A stretch of DNA of 64,000 bases from Candidatus Nomurabacteria bacterium RIFCSPHIGHO2_12_FULL_37_29 (GTDB lineage: Bacteria > Patescibacteriota > Minisyncoccia > Phycocordibacterales > UBA9973), in NCBI GenBank assembly GCA_001785675.1, contig MFUJ01000016.1:149-64148 (forward strand), read 5' to 3'. The notes under the pieces are model-generated. The model saw only the letters and a program-made list of their open reading frames with translations. It ran no database searches and was not told where the DNA came from. The translations under genes were made by a program, and so were the position numbers. This document shows positions 19,445 through 28,528 of the stretch, one piece after another (within the stretch, counting starts at the first letter, position 1; each line of letters opens with the position of its first letter).

Positions 19445-21124
19445 ATGGAGAAGATTTTTAAGATTTTTAATAAAGAATATGTAAATATAAACCAAGCTGC
19501 GCTTCTTTTGGGGTGTTTTGCTTTCCTCTCTCAAATTTTGGCGTTATTTCGTGATCGCGCCTTCGCTCATTTTATTGGACCCTCTGCAACACTAGACATT
19601 TATTATGCGGCCTTTAGGATACCGGATCTTATATTTATATCTGTTGCTTCGCTTGCCTCGATCACTGTACTTATTCCTTTTCTAGTAGCAAAAATGAATG
19701 GTGATGCAGTAACAAGTGAAGCCCGAAAATTTTTAAATGATATTTTCACTGCTTTTTTTCTTGTGATGATAGGTGTTTCCATAACTGTTTTCTTTTTAAT
19801 GCCGTATTTAGTATCTTTTATTGCTCCGGGTTTTGATCCACTTTTGCAGACAAAAGTAGTTGTGCTTTCACGTATAATGTTGCTTTCACCTATTTTGATG
19901 GGACTTTCAAATCTTTTCGGGACAGTAACTCAGCTTTTTCGTAAGTTTTTTATTTATTCTTTAAGTCCCATTTTCTATAATTTAGGAATTATTATCGGTG
20001 TGATGTTTTTCTATTCTATTTGGGGGATTTATGGGTTAGCGATGGGAGTCGTTTTTGGGGCCTTGATGCATTTTATAATCCAGGTATTTGCCTCGACAAC
20101 TTTTGGATTTACGCCCCAATTTTCTTTTTCAATCAATTTTCAAGATATCAAGCGAGTGACGATGACTTCACTGCCAAGGACACTGGGCTTAGCTTTTAAT
20201 AATATAGCTTTGATTTCTATTATCGCTCTCGCTTCGTATTTGGAGAGTGGTTCTATCTCAATTTTTAATCTTTCATTAAATCTTCAATCAGTGCCCCTTA
20301 ATATTATTGGTATATCCTATGCAGTGGCTGCTTTTCCCACCCTAGCGAAGTCTGTTTCTCTCGGCAAAATGGATGAGTTTAAAGAACATCTTAAAGGAGC
20401 TGCTCGCGCTATCGTATTTTGGTCACTTCCAGTAATGTTTCTTTTTATTGTGGTTCGAGCGCAAATCGTAAGAGTTATTTTAGGTTCCGGGTCTTTCTCT
20501 TGGGAAAATACTCGATTAGTCGCGGCATCACTAGCAATTTTTTCTGTTTCAGTTGTTGCTCAGGGGATGATTGCTCTTTTGTCTCGAGCTTATTATGCGA
20601 AAGGTGATACAAAAACTCCACTCACAGTTAATCTGATCTGTTCTATTTTAATCATAATATTATCCTTTATTTTCATTAATCTTTTTGAGAATATGATTCT
20701 GTTTAGATTTTTTATAGAGTCCATACTAAAGGTTGCTGATATTTCTGGCACGCAAGTGTTGATGCTTCCGCTTGCATATTCTCTCGGTACGATTGTAAAT
20801 TCTATTGTTCTCTGGTTTTTTGTGAGACGTGACTTTATGAAAGGGGATTCCTTTATTACTAAAACTTTTTTCCAAAGTTTGGGCGCTGCGTTCTTCTTAG
20901 GACTTGTGGCATATCTCTCTTTAAATATACTTTCACCGATCTTTGGTACCACCACTTTCTGGGGTGTATTCTTCCAAGGTTTTATTTCTGGGATTTTAGG
21001 TATTTTTGTCGCTATTTTTGTATTGTATTTTTTGAATAATGAGGAATTAAAGGACATAGTAAAAACTTTTAAAACTAAATTCTGGCGTGCCAAAGTTGTC
21101 GCACCCTCTCAGGAGGGACTCTAA
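19445..21124 (+). CDS. murJ: Lipid II flippase MurJ/MviN
   Basis: DIYYAAFRIPD, SPIFYN, RAYYA.GDTKTP. Confidence 0.88.
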   Translation: MEKIFKIFNKEYVNINQAALLLGCFAFLSQILALFRDRAFAHFIGPSATLDIYYAAFRIPDLIFISVASLASITVLIPFLVAKMNGDAVTSEARKFLNDIFTAFFLVMIGVSITVFFLMPYLVSFIAPGFDPLLQTKVVVLSRIMLLSPILMGLSNLFGTVTQLFRKFFIYSLSPIFYNLGIIIGVMFFYSIWGIYGLAMGVVFGALMHFIIQVFASTTFGFTPQFSFSINFQDIKRVTMTSLPRTLGLAFNNIALISIIALASYLESGSISIFNLSLNLQSVPLNIIGISYAVAAFPTLAKSVSLGKMDEFKEHLKGAARAIVFWSLPVMFLFIVVRAQIVRVILGSGSFSWENTRLVAASLAIFSVSVVAQGMIALLSRAYYAKGDTKTPLTVNLICSILIIILSFIFINLFENMILFRFFIESILKVADISGTQVLMLPLAYSLGTIVNSIVLWFFVRRDFMKGDSFITKTFFQSLGAAFFLGLVAYLSLNILSPIFGTTTFWGVFFQGFISGILGIFVAIFVLYFLNNEELKDIVKTFKTKFWRAKVVAPSQEGL

Positions 21125-21174
21125 ACTCGTTTTCTGGGCTTTGAAATAAGGGCTTTTTCTGGTAGAATGGCAGA

Positions 21175-22932
21175 ATGTTTTCGGTTTCAAAAATATTTAA
21201 ATATATATGGCCTCATGCCAAAAAACATTGGGTGGCTTTTTCGCTGATGTTTTTAGGATACGCTGTTGGAATTATTTTCGACAGCATACTTAAACCTTTA
21301 GTTTTTAAATCCATAATAGATTTGTTTTCTTCCAATGTTTCAAGAGATTTAATTTTAAATCAGGCGCTACATTATTTTTTAATAATTTGTGTAATTGTCC
21401 TTATCCACAATGTTGGTTTTCGAGTAGGAGATTTTGCAACCTCGCGTTTTGAAAGTAAAGTCATGAAACGTCTTTATGATTTTACTTTTGAACAACTAAT
21501 GAAACATTCTTACCACTTTTTTTCCAATAATTTTTCTGGAAGCATCATTGCCAAGTCGAGACGTTTTACCAGGTCTTTTGAAACACTTACTGATATAGTT
21601 AGTTTCCAAATTTGGTTTTCTTTTATTACCTTGTCTGGAATTCTTATTATTTTATTCTTTAAAATTCCCATATTGGCTTATATCTTTTTAGTTTGGTCGG
21701 TATTTTATATTTTAGTTACATTTTTATTCATAAGAAAAAAAATCTTCTATGATATAGAAGAAGCTGCTGCTGACTCATTAGTTACAGGGCGCTTTTCTGA
21801 TGCAATAATGAATATATTAAACATAAAAATATTTAGTAGTGATAAAAAAGAAGAATTAAATTTTAAATTAGTTACTAACGACGAAGAAAAGAAGAGGAGA
21901 AAAGCTTGGTATTTTGGAAATTTCCAAAATATTGCTCAGTCAACAATGATGGCTACGTTACAAATCACTGTGCTTTTTACTAATATTCATTTTTGGTATG
22001 CAGGAAAAATATCATTAGGTATGTTCGTTTTGATTCAAACTTATATGTTTAGCTTGTTTGATATTTTATGGAATTTTGGAAGATCTTTAACAAAAGCCAT
22101 GAAAGCTATGACTGACATGCAAGAGGTTGTAAATATTTTTGATACGCCCATAGATATTGTTGACAAGCAAGTGCCTGAAAAATTAAAAATACATCAAGGG
22201 CATATCATCTTTAAAGATGTCTCTTTTGTTTATAAGGGCGGAATTTCTGTTTTCGAAAATTTTAATCTTGAAATTGCCCCAGGTGAACGTGTCGGTATCG
22301 TAGGACACTCTGGAGCAGGAAAATCAACCATCACTAAAATTCTCCTTCGTTTCGCAGATATATCAAATGGAGATATTACTATCGACGGACAAAATATAAA
22401 AAATGTATCCCAAAATGATTTGCGTTCCATGATTTCATATGTACCCCAAGAATCAATTTTATTTCATAGGACTATAGGGGAGAATATTGGCTATAGCAAA
22501 AACAATGCAACCAAAGAAGAAATTGCCGAGGTGGCAAAAAAGGCTCACGCCGATAAATTTATTTCTAAATTGCCAAAAAAATATGATACATTAGTTGGCG
22601 AGCGTGGGGTGAAACTTTCTGGTGGAGAGCGGCAGAGAGTGGCGATAGCTCGGGCGATGCTGAAGGATTCTCCGATACTTATGCTGGATGAAGCTACGAG
22701 CTCACTCGACAGTGTCAGCGAGTATTACATTCAGGACGCCTTCAACGAACTTATGAAAGGAAAAACTACGATAGTGATTGCTCACCGTCTTTCCACCATA
22801 CAAAAAATGGATAGAATAATTGTTTTAGATAAAGGACAAATCGTAGAACAAGGCACACACAAGACACTATTAGAAAAGTCGGGCGTGTACGCCGATCTAT
22901 GGAATCACCAAACTGGTGGATTTATGGAATAA
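21175..22932 (+). CDS. ABC exporter, fused permease/ATP-binding
   Basis: GHSGAGKST, LSGGERQR, LDEATS, IAHRLST. Confidence 0.93.
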   Translation: MFSVSKIFKYIWPHAKKHWVAFSLMFLGYAVGIIFDSILKPLVFKSIIDLFSSNVSRDLILNQALHYFLIICVIVLIHNVGFRVGDFATSRFESKVMKRLYDFTFEQLMKHSYHFFSNNFSGSIIAKSRRFTRSFETLTDIVSFQIWFSFITLSGILIILFFKIPILAYIFLVWSVFYILVTFLFIRKKIFYDIEEAAADSLVTGRFSDAIMNILNIKIFSSDKKEELNFKLVTNDEEKKRRKAWYFGNFQNIAQSTMMATLQITVLFTNIHFWYAGKISLGMFVLIQTYMFSLFDILWNFGRSLTKAMKAMTDMQEVVNIFDTPIDIVDKQVPEKLKIHQGHIIFKDVSFVYKGGISVFENFNLEIAPGERVGIVGHSGAGKSTITKILLRFADISNGDITIDGQNIKNVSQNDLRSMISYVPQESILFHRTIGENIGYSKNNATKEEIAEVAKKAHADKFISKLPKKYDTLVGERGVKLSGGERQRVAIARAMLKDSPILMLDEATSSLDSVSEYYIQDAFNELMKGKTTIVIAHRLSTIQKMDRIIVLDKGQIVEQGTHKTLLEKSGVYADLWNHQTGGFME

Positions 22933-22970
22933 TGAATTAATGTCAAAGAGCATCTTTAATACCAAACAAC

Positions 22971-24830
22971 ATGGATTTAAAACACATTAGAAATTTTTCA
23001 ATTATAGCGCATATAGATCACGGGAAAAGCACCTTAGCAGATAGAATGCTTGAAATTACACATACCGTGCCAGAGCGGAAGATGCGTGATCAGGTGTTGG
23101 ACTCTATGGAACTTGAACGAGAGAGAGGGATAACCATCAAAATGCAACCCGTAAGGATGGTTTACCATCCTGGAGGTCCTGAAAGAAGTGAAGAGCAAGA
23201 ATATATACTAAATCTGATTGATACACCAGGGCATGTAGACTTTTCTTATGAAGTTTCCCGCGCTTTAAAGGCAGTGGAAGGATCTATTTTATTAATTGAT
23301 TCTACGCAAGGTGTGCAAGCGCAGACACTAACTACACTTGCTATGGCGCGAGATGGGGGCATAAAAATAATTCCCGTACTTTCTAAAATTGACTCACCTT
23401 TAGCTAGAATATCGGAGGTTAAAGAAGAAGTTGTAAAGCTTCTCCACTGTAGTAGAGAAGAAATACTGCAAGTTTCGGGTCGTACCGGAGAAGGTGTGGA
23501 TAATCTTTTGCAGGAAATTATAAAACGTGTTTCAGAACCGAAAGAAACTTACCCATTTCGCAACAGTGGTGGTGAAGTGAGTAAGAATGAAAATAGGAGT
23601 GATAATATTTTGCGTGCTTTAGTTTTTGATTTTAAATATTCTAATCATAAAGGAGTTATTGTTTTTGTACGATTACTTGATGGCAGAGTAAAACGAGGTG
23701 ATAATTTGATTTTTGCGGTATCGGGCGAGAAATTCAATGCGTTGGAAGTCGGCACTTTCTCACCAGAAGAGACTCCACAGGACTATCTCTCGTCTGGCGA
23801 TATTGGTTATATTGTCACAGGTATTAAAAAGCCGGGCATTGCTTCTGTCGGAGATACTATTACAATGTTAAAAAATCCGCTACCGGCGCTTTCTGGCTAT
23901 ATGCAACCTATGCCAGTGGTCTGGGCTTCCGTTTTTCCAGAAGATGCGGATGATTTTGCCGAACTTAAATTGGCGTTGGGAAAATTGCGACTTTCGGATT
24001 CCTCTTTTTCCTATGAAGAAGAGTCCTCTGGGTCTTTAGGTAGGGGGTTTCGATGTGGTTTCCTTGGAATGTTGCATCTAGAAATTATTACAGAGCGGTT
24101 GAGACGGGAATTCAATTTGAACTTGGTTGTTACCACCCCGTCTATTACTTATGAAGTGGTCAACAAACAAGGGAAGAAAGAAAAAATTTATTCACCGTTT
24201 TTTTTTCCAGATGACGGAAATATAGAAACCATATTTGAGTCCTGGGTAAATTTGAAAATAATTACTCCAGTAGAATATGTTGGCAGTATTATGCAAATTC
24301 TTTTTGACCATGAGGCAGAAGTGGGCGATACGGAGAATTTCGGGGACAGTCGTTCTACAATCTCGGTCAAAATGCCACTGCGCGAGCTAATGCGCAACTT
24401 TTTTGATGAATTAAAAAGTGTTTCCTCTGGCTATGGTTCCATATCTTACGAAATATCAGGGGAGCGTGAAGCTGATGTCACAAGGCTTGATATTCTGGTG
24501 GCAGGTGAAGTAGTACCCGCTTTTTCTAGAGTGGTTTCTAAAAAAAGGGTAGAGGAAGAAGCTCAAAAAGCAGTGGAAAAATTAGAAGCTCTTTTGCCGA
24601 GGCAAATGTTCACTTTAAAGATTCAAGGTCGCGCACTCGGACGCATCATTTCATCTGCCACTCTCTCTGGTATGAAAAAAGATGTTACCCAGCACATGTA
24701 CGGAGGTGACATTACTCGTAAAATGAAACTCCGTGAGAAACAAAAGAAAGGAAAAAAGAAAATGAAAGAAAGAGGACGGGTAAATATTTCACAAGATGTA
24801 TTCTTAAAAATGATGCGTAGCGGAGAGTAG
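22971..24830 (+). CDS. lepA: Elongation factor 4
   Basis: [39 protein letters not shown]. Confidence 0.97.
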   Translation: MDLKHIRNFSIIAHIDHGKSTLADRMLEITHTVPERKMRDQVLDSMELERERGITIKMQPVRMVYHPGGPERSEEQEYILNLIDTPGHVDFSYEVSRALKAVEGSILLIDSTQGVQAQTLTTLAMARDGGIKIIPVLSKIDSPLARISEVKEEVVKLLHCSREEILQVSGRTGEGVDNLLQEIIKRVSEPKETYPFRNSGGEVSKNENRSDNILRALVFDFKYSNHKGVIVFVRLLDGRVKRGDNLIFAVSGEKFNALEVGTFSPEETPQDYLSSGDIGYIVTGIKKPGIASVGDTITMLKNPLPALSGYMQPMPVVWASVFPEDADDFAELKLALGKLRLSDSSFSYEEESSGSLGRGFRCGFLGMLHLEIITERLRREFNLNLVVTTPSITYEVVNKQGKKEKIYSPFFFPDDGNIETIFESWVNLKIITPVEYVGSIMQILFDHEAEVGDTENFGDSRSTISVKMPLRELMRNFFDELKSVSSGYGSISYEISGEREADVTRLDILVAGEVVPAFSRVVSKKRVEEEAQKAVEKLEALLPRQMFTLKIQGRALGRIISSATLSGMKKDVTQHMYGGDITRKMKLREKQKKGKKKMKERGRVNISQDVFLKMMRSGE

Positions 24831-25027
24831 ATTAATCCACGTTTCTTAAAATTTTTCAAGATAGGGCCTAGTTCTAAAAGTCTACTTGAGACTAAATATG
24901 GGAGAATACAATAAAATCATACTAACGATGATTAAAATACCCAAAACCGTCCAAATCATTTGTATTTTCTTTTGATGTTTTTTATTGAAAAGCATATACT
25001 TAATGAGTATAGCATGTTTTTTAAATT

Positions 25028-25402
25028 ATGAGAAATTTCGAACAAAAAAGAGGATGGAGAAACATTTTACAATCAAGACCTATTTTGGTTCTTTTGGGTA
25101 TTTTAGTGATAATTTTTGCTTATGGTGTTATTGGTTTTATGGGTAAAATACAAGTTACCAGAGAAAATAGAAAAATAGCCGAAAATAAGATTGCAGAATT
25201 AAAACAGGAAAAAGACAAGCTAACATTAGATATTGCTAAATTAAAAACGGATGAAGGGGTAGAAGAAAGCATCCGTGATAAATTTGGTTTAGCAAAAGAA
25301 GGAGAGGGTATGGTGGTAGTAGTGGAAAACAAAAATAAAATAGAAATACAAGATACAAAATCCGGAGGATTTTTCTCTTTTTTTCGAAACTTATTTAACT
25401 AA
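25028..25402 (+). CDS. Septum formation initiator family (FtsB/DivIC-like)
   Basis: TM plus coiled coil plus E..IR.KFGL.K.GE. Confidence 0.75.
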   Translation: MRNFEQKRGWRNILQSRPILVLLGILVIIFAYGVIGFMGKIQVTRENRKIAENKIAELKQEKDKLTLDIAKLKTDEGVEESIRDKFGLAKEGEGMVVVVENKNKIEIQDTKSGGFFSFFRNLFN

Positions 25403-25521
25403 CTGGTGCGGGATGGGGTAATCGAGCCACTACATAGCCAGGTGCTTTTCCGCTGGTGCATGGAAAAGCCTTTTCGATTCCCCACGCAAGCAAAGCAGTT
25501 TGCTTGCTATCCCTTACTTTG

Positions 25522-25592
25522 TGCGGGATGGGGTAATCGAAACCCCGTCTAATCCTTGGGAAGGACTCATTCTACCACTAAACTAATCCCGC
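25522..25592 (-). tRNA. tRNA-Gly(CCC)
   Basis: Cloverleaf GCGGGATTAGTTTAGTGGTAGAA...TTCCCAA...TTCGATT...ATCCCGCA. Confidence 0.9.
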
Positions 25593-25624
25593 ATGACTTA
25601 AATTTATCACAAAAACATCCTCGC

Positions 25625-25736
25625 AGACTTGGAAATACTCATTCTACCACTAAACTAATCCCGCAGTATGTAAATTTTTTCAACAACGATCCTTTAGACT
25701 TGGAAATACTCATTCTACCACTAAACTAATCCCGCA
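25625..25736 (-). repeat. Two 41 bp direct repeats resembling the tRNA-Gly 5' half
   Basis: agacttggaaatactcattctaccactaaactaatcccgca at 25625 and 25696; last 29 bp identical to 25565-25593. Confidence 0.85.
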
Positions 25737-25817
25737 ATTATTTAAAATATATCCTTATTTGGCCTTTAGAGCAAGTATGATATAATACTAATATTATAAA
25801 TTATTCGTATTTTTTTT

Positions 25818-26051
25818 ATGAAGAATGTAACAATTTATTCGACCCCGTCCTGTCATTTTTGTCACATGGCGAAAGAATTTTTTAAAGCAAATAATATTTC
25901 CTACATTGAACACGATGTGGCAGGGGATGCTGAACAAAGGAAGATTATGATAGAAAAAAGCGGGCAAATGGGTGTGCCGGTCATAGTTATTGACGAAGAG
26001 CTTGTGGTGGGCTTTAATAAGCCTAAAATTATCCAATTGCTCGGACTTTAA
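25818..26051 (+). CDS. Glutaredoxin-like protein (NrdH/YruB family)
   Basis: CHFC, SGQMGVPV. Confidence 0.9.
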   Translation: MKNVTIYSTPSCHFCHMAKEFFKANNISYIEHDVAGDAEQRKIMIEKSGQMGVPVIVIDEELVVGFNKPKIIQLLGL

Positions 26052-26082
26052 TTTATTTACAACAATACCTTGTTCTCTATAG

Positions 26083-26157
26083 GCCCTCGTAGTTCAATGG
26101 ATAGAACAGTTCCGTCCTAAGGAATAGATGCACGTTCGATTCGTACCGAGGGCACCA
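26083..26157 (+). tRNA. tRNA-Arg(CCT)
   Basis: gccctcg/cgagggc acceptor stem, anticodon loop gtcctaa, encoded CCA. Confidence 0.88.
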
Positions 26158-26196
26158 GAATTAGGTTTTAAAAAATTTTATGTTAAAATAATTTCT

Positions 26197-26919
26197 ATGA
26201 AGACAACACTTGAGACTGGTGAGCACGGAAGAAGAATTCCAAACCCAGAAAAGACAGGAGTGTTTCGACGTCTTAAAGAGTCAATAATATCTGGCAATTA
26301 CAATTTAAGAGAGTTAAAGGGTGCACTTACACAGGAGTCAATTACAGTAGCACAATATGCCGAACTAGCTTCTCTGCTTTTAGAAAAACTTGATAAGAGG
26401 GTTGAGATTGATGCCCTGACGGGTGTCTTTAGTCGCGCATCTTTAGAACTCAAACTAAATAGGTTGAAAGAAGAATTAAATTCTACTGAAGGGAGACGAA
26501 AATTACCTGTACAGTCAATTATGGTTATTTTTTTAGATATAAAAGAATTTAAAAAATTAAATGATACACATGGTCATCTAGCTGGTGATCAGGCATTGGT
26601 TGTCGCAGCAGAACGTTTTAAAGGGGTTACAAAGAGGGGCGATATGATATTTAGAGTGGGGGGTGATGAATTTCTAATAGTGTTACCCATAACAGACAAC
26701 AACCCTGATCTACTGCAGTCAATTTTTCAAAGGATTCAAGAGCAGATCAATACCAATTTATCTTTCAGTAAAATAGAACCTGATGGCAGTCAGAGTGAAA
26801 CTATTACTTTTTCTATTTCAATTGGACATGAAGTATTAAATAGGGGAGATGAGACAACAGTTAAAGAAATACTAAACAAAGCTGATCAAAAGATGTATCT
26901 AGATAAAAAAAGCCAATAA
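26197..26919 (+). CDS. GGDEF diguanylate cyclase
   Basis: DALTG, FKKLNDTHGH.AGD, RVGGDEF, ADQKMY; ATG 26197 avoids overlap with the tRNA. Confidence 0.9.
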   Translation: MKTTLETGEHGRRIPNPEKTGVFRRLKESIISGNYNLRELKGALTQESITVAQYAELASLLLEKLDKRVEIDALTGVFSRASLELKLNRLKEELNSTEGRRKLPVQSIMVIFLDIKEFKKLNDTHGHLAGDQALVVAAERFKGVTKRGDMIFRVGGDEFLIVLPITDNNPDLLQSIFQRIQEQINTNLSFSKIEPDGSQSETITFSISIGHEVLNRGDETTVKEILNKADQKMYLDKKSQ

Positions 26920-26976
26920 TTTTATCTAAGACACTACAATCTTTTATTTTATAAATTATTGTGCTAAATTATATTT

Positions 26977-27234
26977 ATGGATCCTGAATTCAAAAAGTTG
27001 CTAGAAGAGACCTTTGAGCTTGCTAAAGAGAATAATGACATGTTGCATTCCATGCGGCGCTCGATGCGTCTTCAGCGGATTATGAGTATTCTTTACTGGG
27101 TGTTCATAATTGGTTCTGCTGTTGGCGCTTATTATCTTATTCAGCCTTATATAGATCAATTAACGAATATATACGGTGGAGCGAGAAGTGATATTGATAA
27201 TTTTAATTCCCTACTTCAAAATTTTAAGAAATAA
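26977..27234 (+). CDS. Small hypothetical membrane protein
   Basis: 85 aa, single TM, -10-like box 6 nt upstream. Confidence 0.7.
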   Translation: MDPEFKKLLEETFELAKENNDMLHSMRRSMRLQRIMSILYWVFIIGSAVGAYYLIQPYIDQLTNIYGGARSDIDNFNSLLQNFKK

Positions 27235-27272
27235 AATTAACAGCAAAAAGAAAGTTTTTTAAAAAAAACATT

Positions 27273-27348
27273 GCTTGGGTAGCTCAGTTAGTAGAGCATT
27301 CCCCTGAAGAGGGAAGGGTCGGCAGTGCGATTCTGCCCCCAAGCACCA
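27273..27348 (+). tRNA. tRNA-Phe(GAA)
   Basis: gcttggg/cccaagc acceptor stem, ttccc-ctgaaga-gggaa anticodon arm, CCA. Confidence 0.88.
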
Positions 27349-27355
27349 AAATTTC

Positions 27356-27841
27356 CTAGATTGATCTTACTTTTACGTTATTTGTTTTTTCTTTATCTAC
27401 CTTTTGAAGCTTGATAGTCAAGAGCCCGTGTTTCTCTGTTGCTTCAACTTCTTCCGGCTCTACTTCCTGCGGGAGAGATATAGTACGAGAAAATTTCCCC
27501 CAATAAAGTTCTTTGGTAAAATAATTTTCCTCATCGATGTTTCTATGTTCTTCACGTTTACCATGGATGGTTATCATATCACGGGCAATCGATAATTCTA
27601 AATCTTCTGGCTTAACTCCGGCAACCATTGTCTGTACAATAATCTCGACGGGGGTCTGATAAACATCAACAGCTAATTCCGCTTCCTCATTTTCTTCTTC
27701 AATCCAGTTGTTACCATTTTTTTTGTCTTTTCCGTTGCCCTTATTTCCCCCCGTTCCGTTTTTCTTCATTTCCCCTGACTCTTCTTCCGTACTAACACTT
27801 CCAGTTAATCTCTCCCAAAAACTTCTTTTTTTATTTTCCAT
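27356..27841 (-). CDS. Hsp20/alpha-crystallin small heat shock protein
   Basis: VDVYQT, AGVKPEDL, ELYWGKFSRTISLP, HGLL. Confidence 0.92.
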   Translation of the reverse strand: MENKKRSFWERLTGSVSTEEESGEMKKNGTGGNKGNGKDKKNGNNWIEEENEEAELAVDVYQTPVEIIVQTMVAGVKPEDLELSIARDMITIHGKREEHRNIDEENYFTKELYWGKFSRTISLPQEVEPEEVEATEKHGLLTIKLQKVDKEKTNNVKVRSI

Positions 27842-27844
27842 AAA

Positions 27845-28528
27845 TTAATTCATTCTCCTTACTTTTTCAAAAAGTAACATAACGATAATAGTAACGACCC
27901 ACAGGAAAGCAAAAACTTTTAAGAAATCATTTCCACTATTCCTTATTATAAAAAAATTAAAGACACTATGCAAGGTAATAGCGAATATAAAGCCGACAAC
28001 AAGATACCATTTTCTCTTTAATCCATCGATGTGCAAGGAAATTCCAAGCGCAATACCCAAAATTCCGCTTGAAACAGTATGTAGAAGAGTGGATCCCAAG
28101 AATCTAAGTTGCCCTGTGAGCAAGCCCACAGTATTTTGACCCATTGAAAATGGTTTTATCAAAAATAATGTATTTTCAAGCGCTGCAAAACCCAAAGCCG
28201 AAGTGATTAAATAAATTGGCCAATCTATAGGTTTATCGGCGTGATTTGTTTTGTAAATAATCACCAAAACAGCCAAATATTTAATTATTTCTTCCGCGCT
28301 TGCCCACAGAACTAGTTCCCACTGGTCAGAGCTTACATGGGCTTGTATAAACTTCTGGATTGGTAAAATGAAGACAACTGCTATCATTCCCATAATGAAG
28401 ACCACAGCAAGGATTCCTTTTGGTTCAGGTTTTTGATTATCTTCTTTAAGCCAGAACCACAGCCACAAAAGAGATGGGACGACTCCGCCCAAAAATGCTA
28501 AACCTAAAATTTTAGGATCATTTGTCAT
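27845..28528 (-). CDS. PrsW-family intramembrane protease
   Basis: EE..K, GFAALEN, H, H..FN motifs. Confidence 0.88.
   Translation of the reverse strand: MTNDPKILGLAFLGGVVPSLLWLWFWLKEDNQKPEPKGILAVVFIMGMIAVVFILPIQKFIQAHVSSDQWELVLWASAEEIIKYLAVLVIIYKTNHADKPIDWPIYLITSALGFAALENTLFLIKPFSMGQNTVGLLTGQLRFLGSTLLHTVSSGILGIALGISLHIDGLKRKWYLVVGFIFAITLHSVFNFFIIRNSGNDFLKVFAFLWVVTIIVMLLFEKVRRMN

Noticed and set aside
25565..25736. CRISPR-like array (29 bp repeat three times at 71-72 bp period)
   Set aside because: The repeat is the tRNA-Gly 5' half, the spacers share sequence, and no cas genes are in the window
25404..25736. Split or trans-spliced tRNA-Gly(TCC)
   Set aside because: The 5' copies do not form an anticodon stem, and the 3' copy is too short to complete a cloverleaf
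26128..26196. N-terminal extension of the GGDEF ORF
   Set aside because: It overlaps tRNA-Arg; ATG 26197 has a -10-like box just upstream
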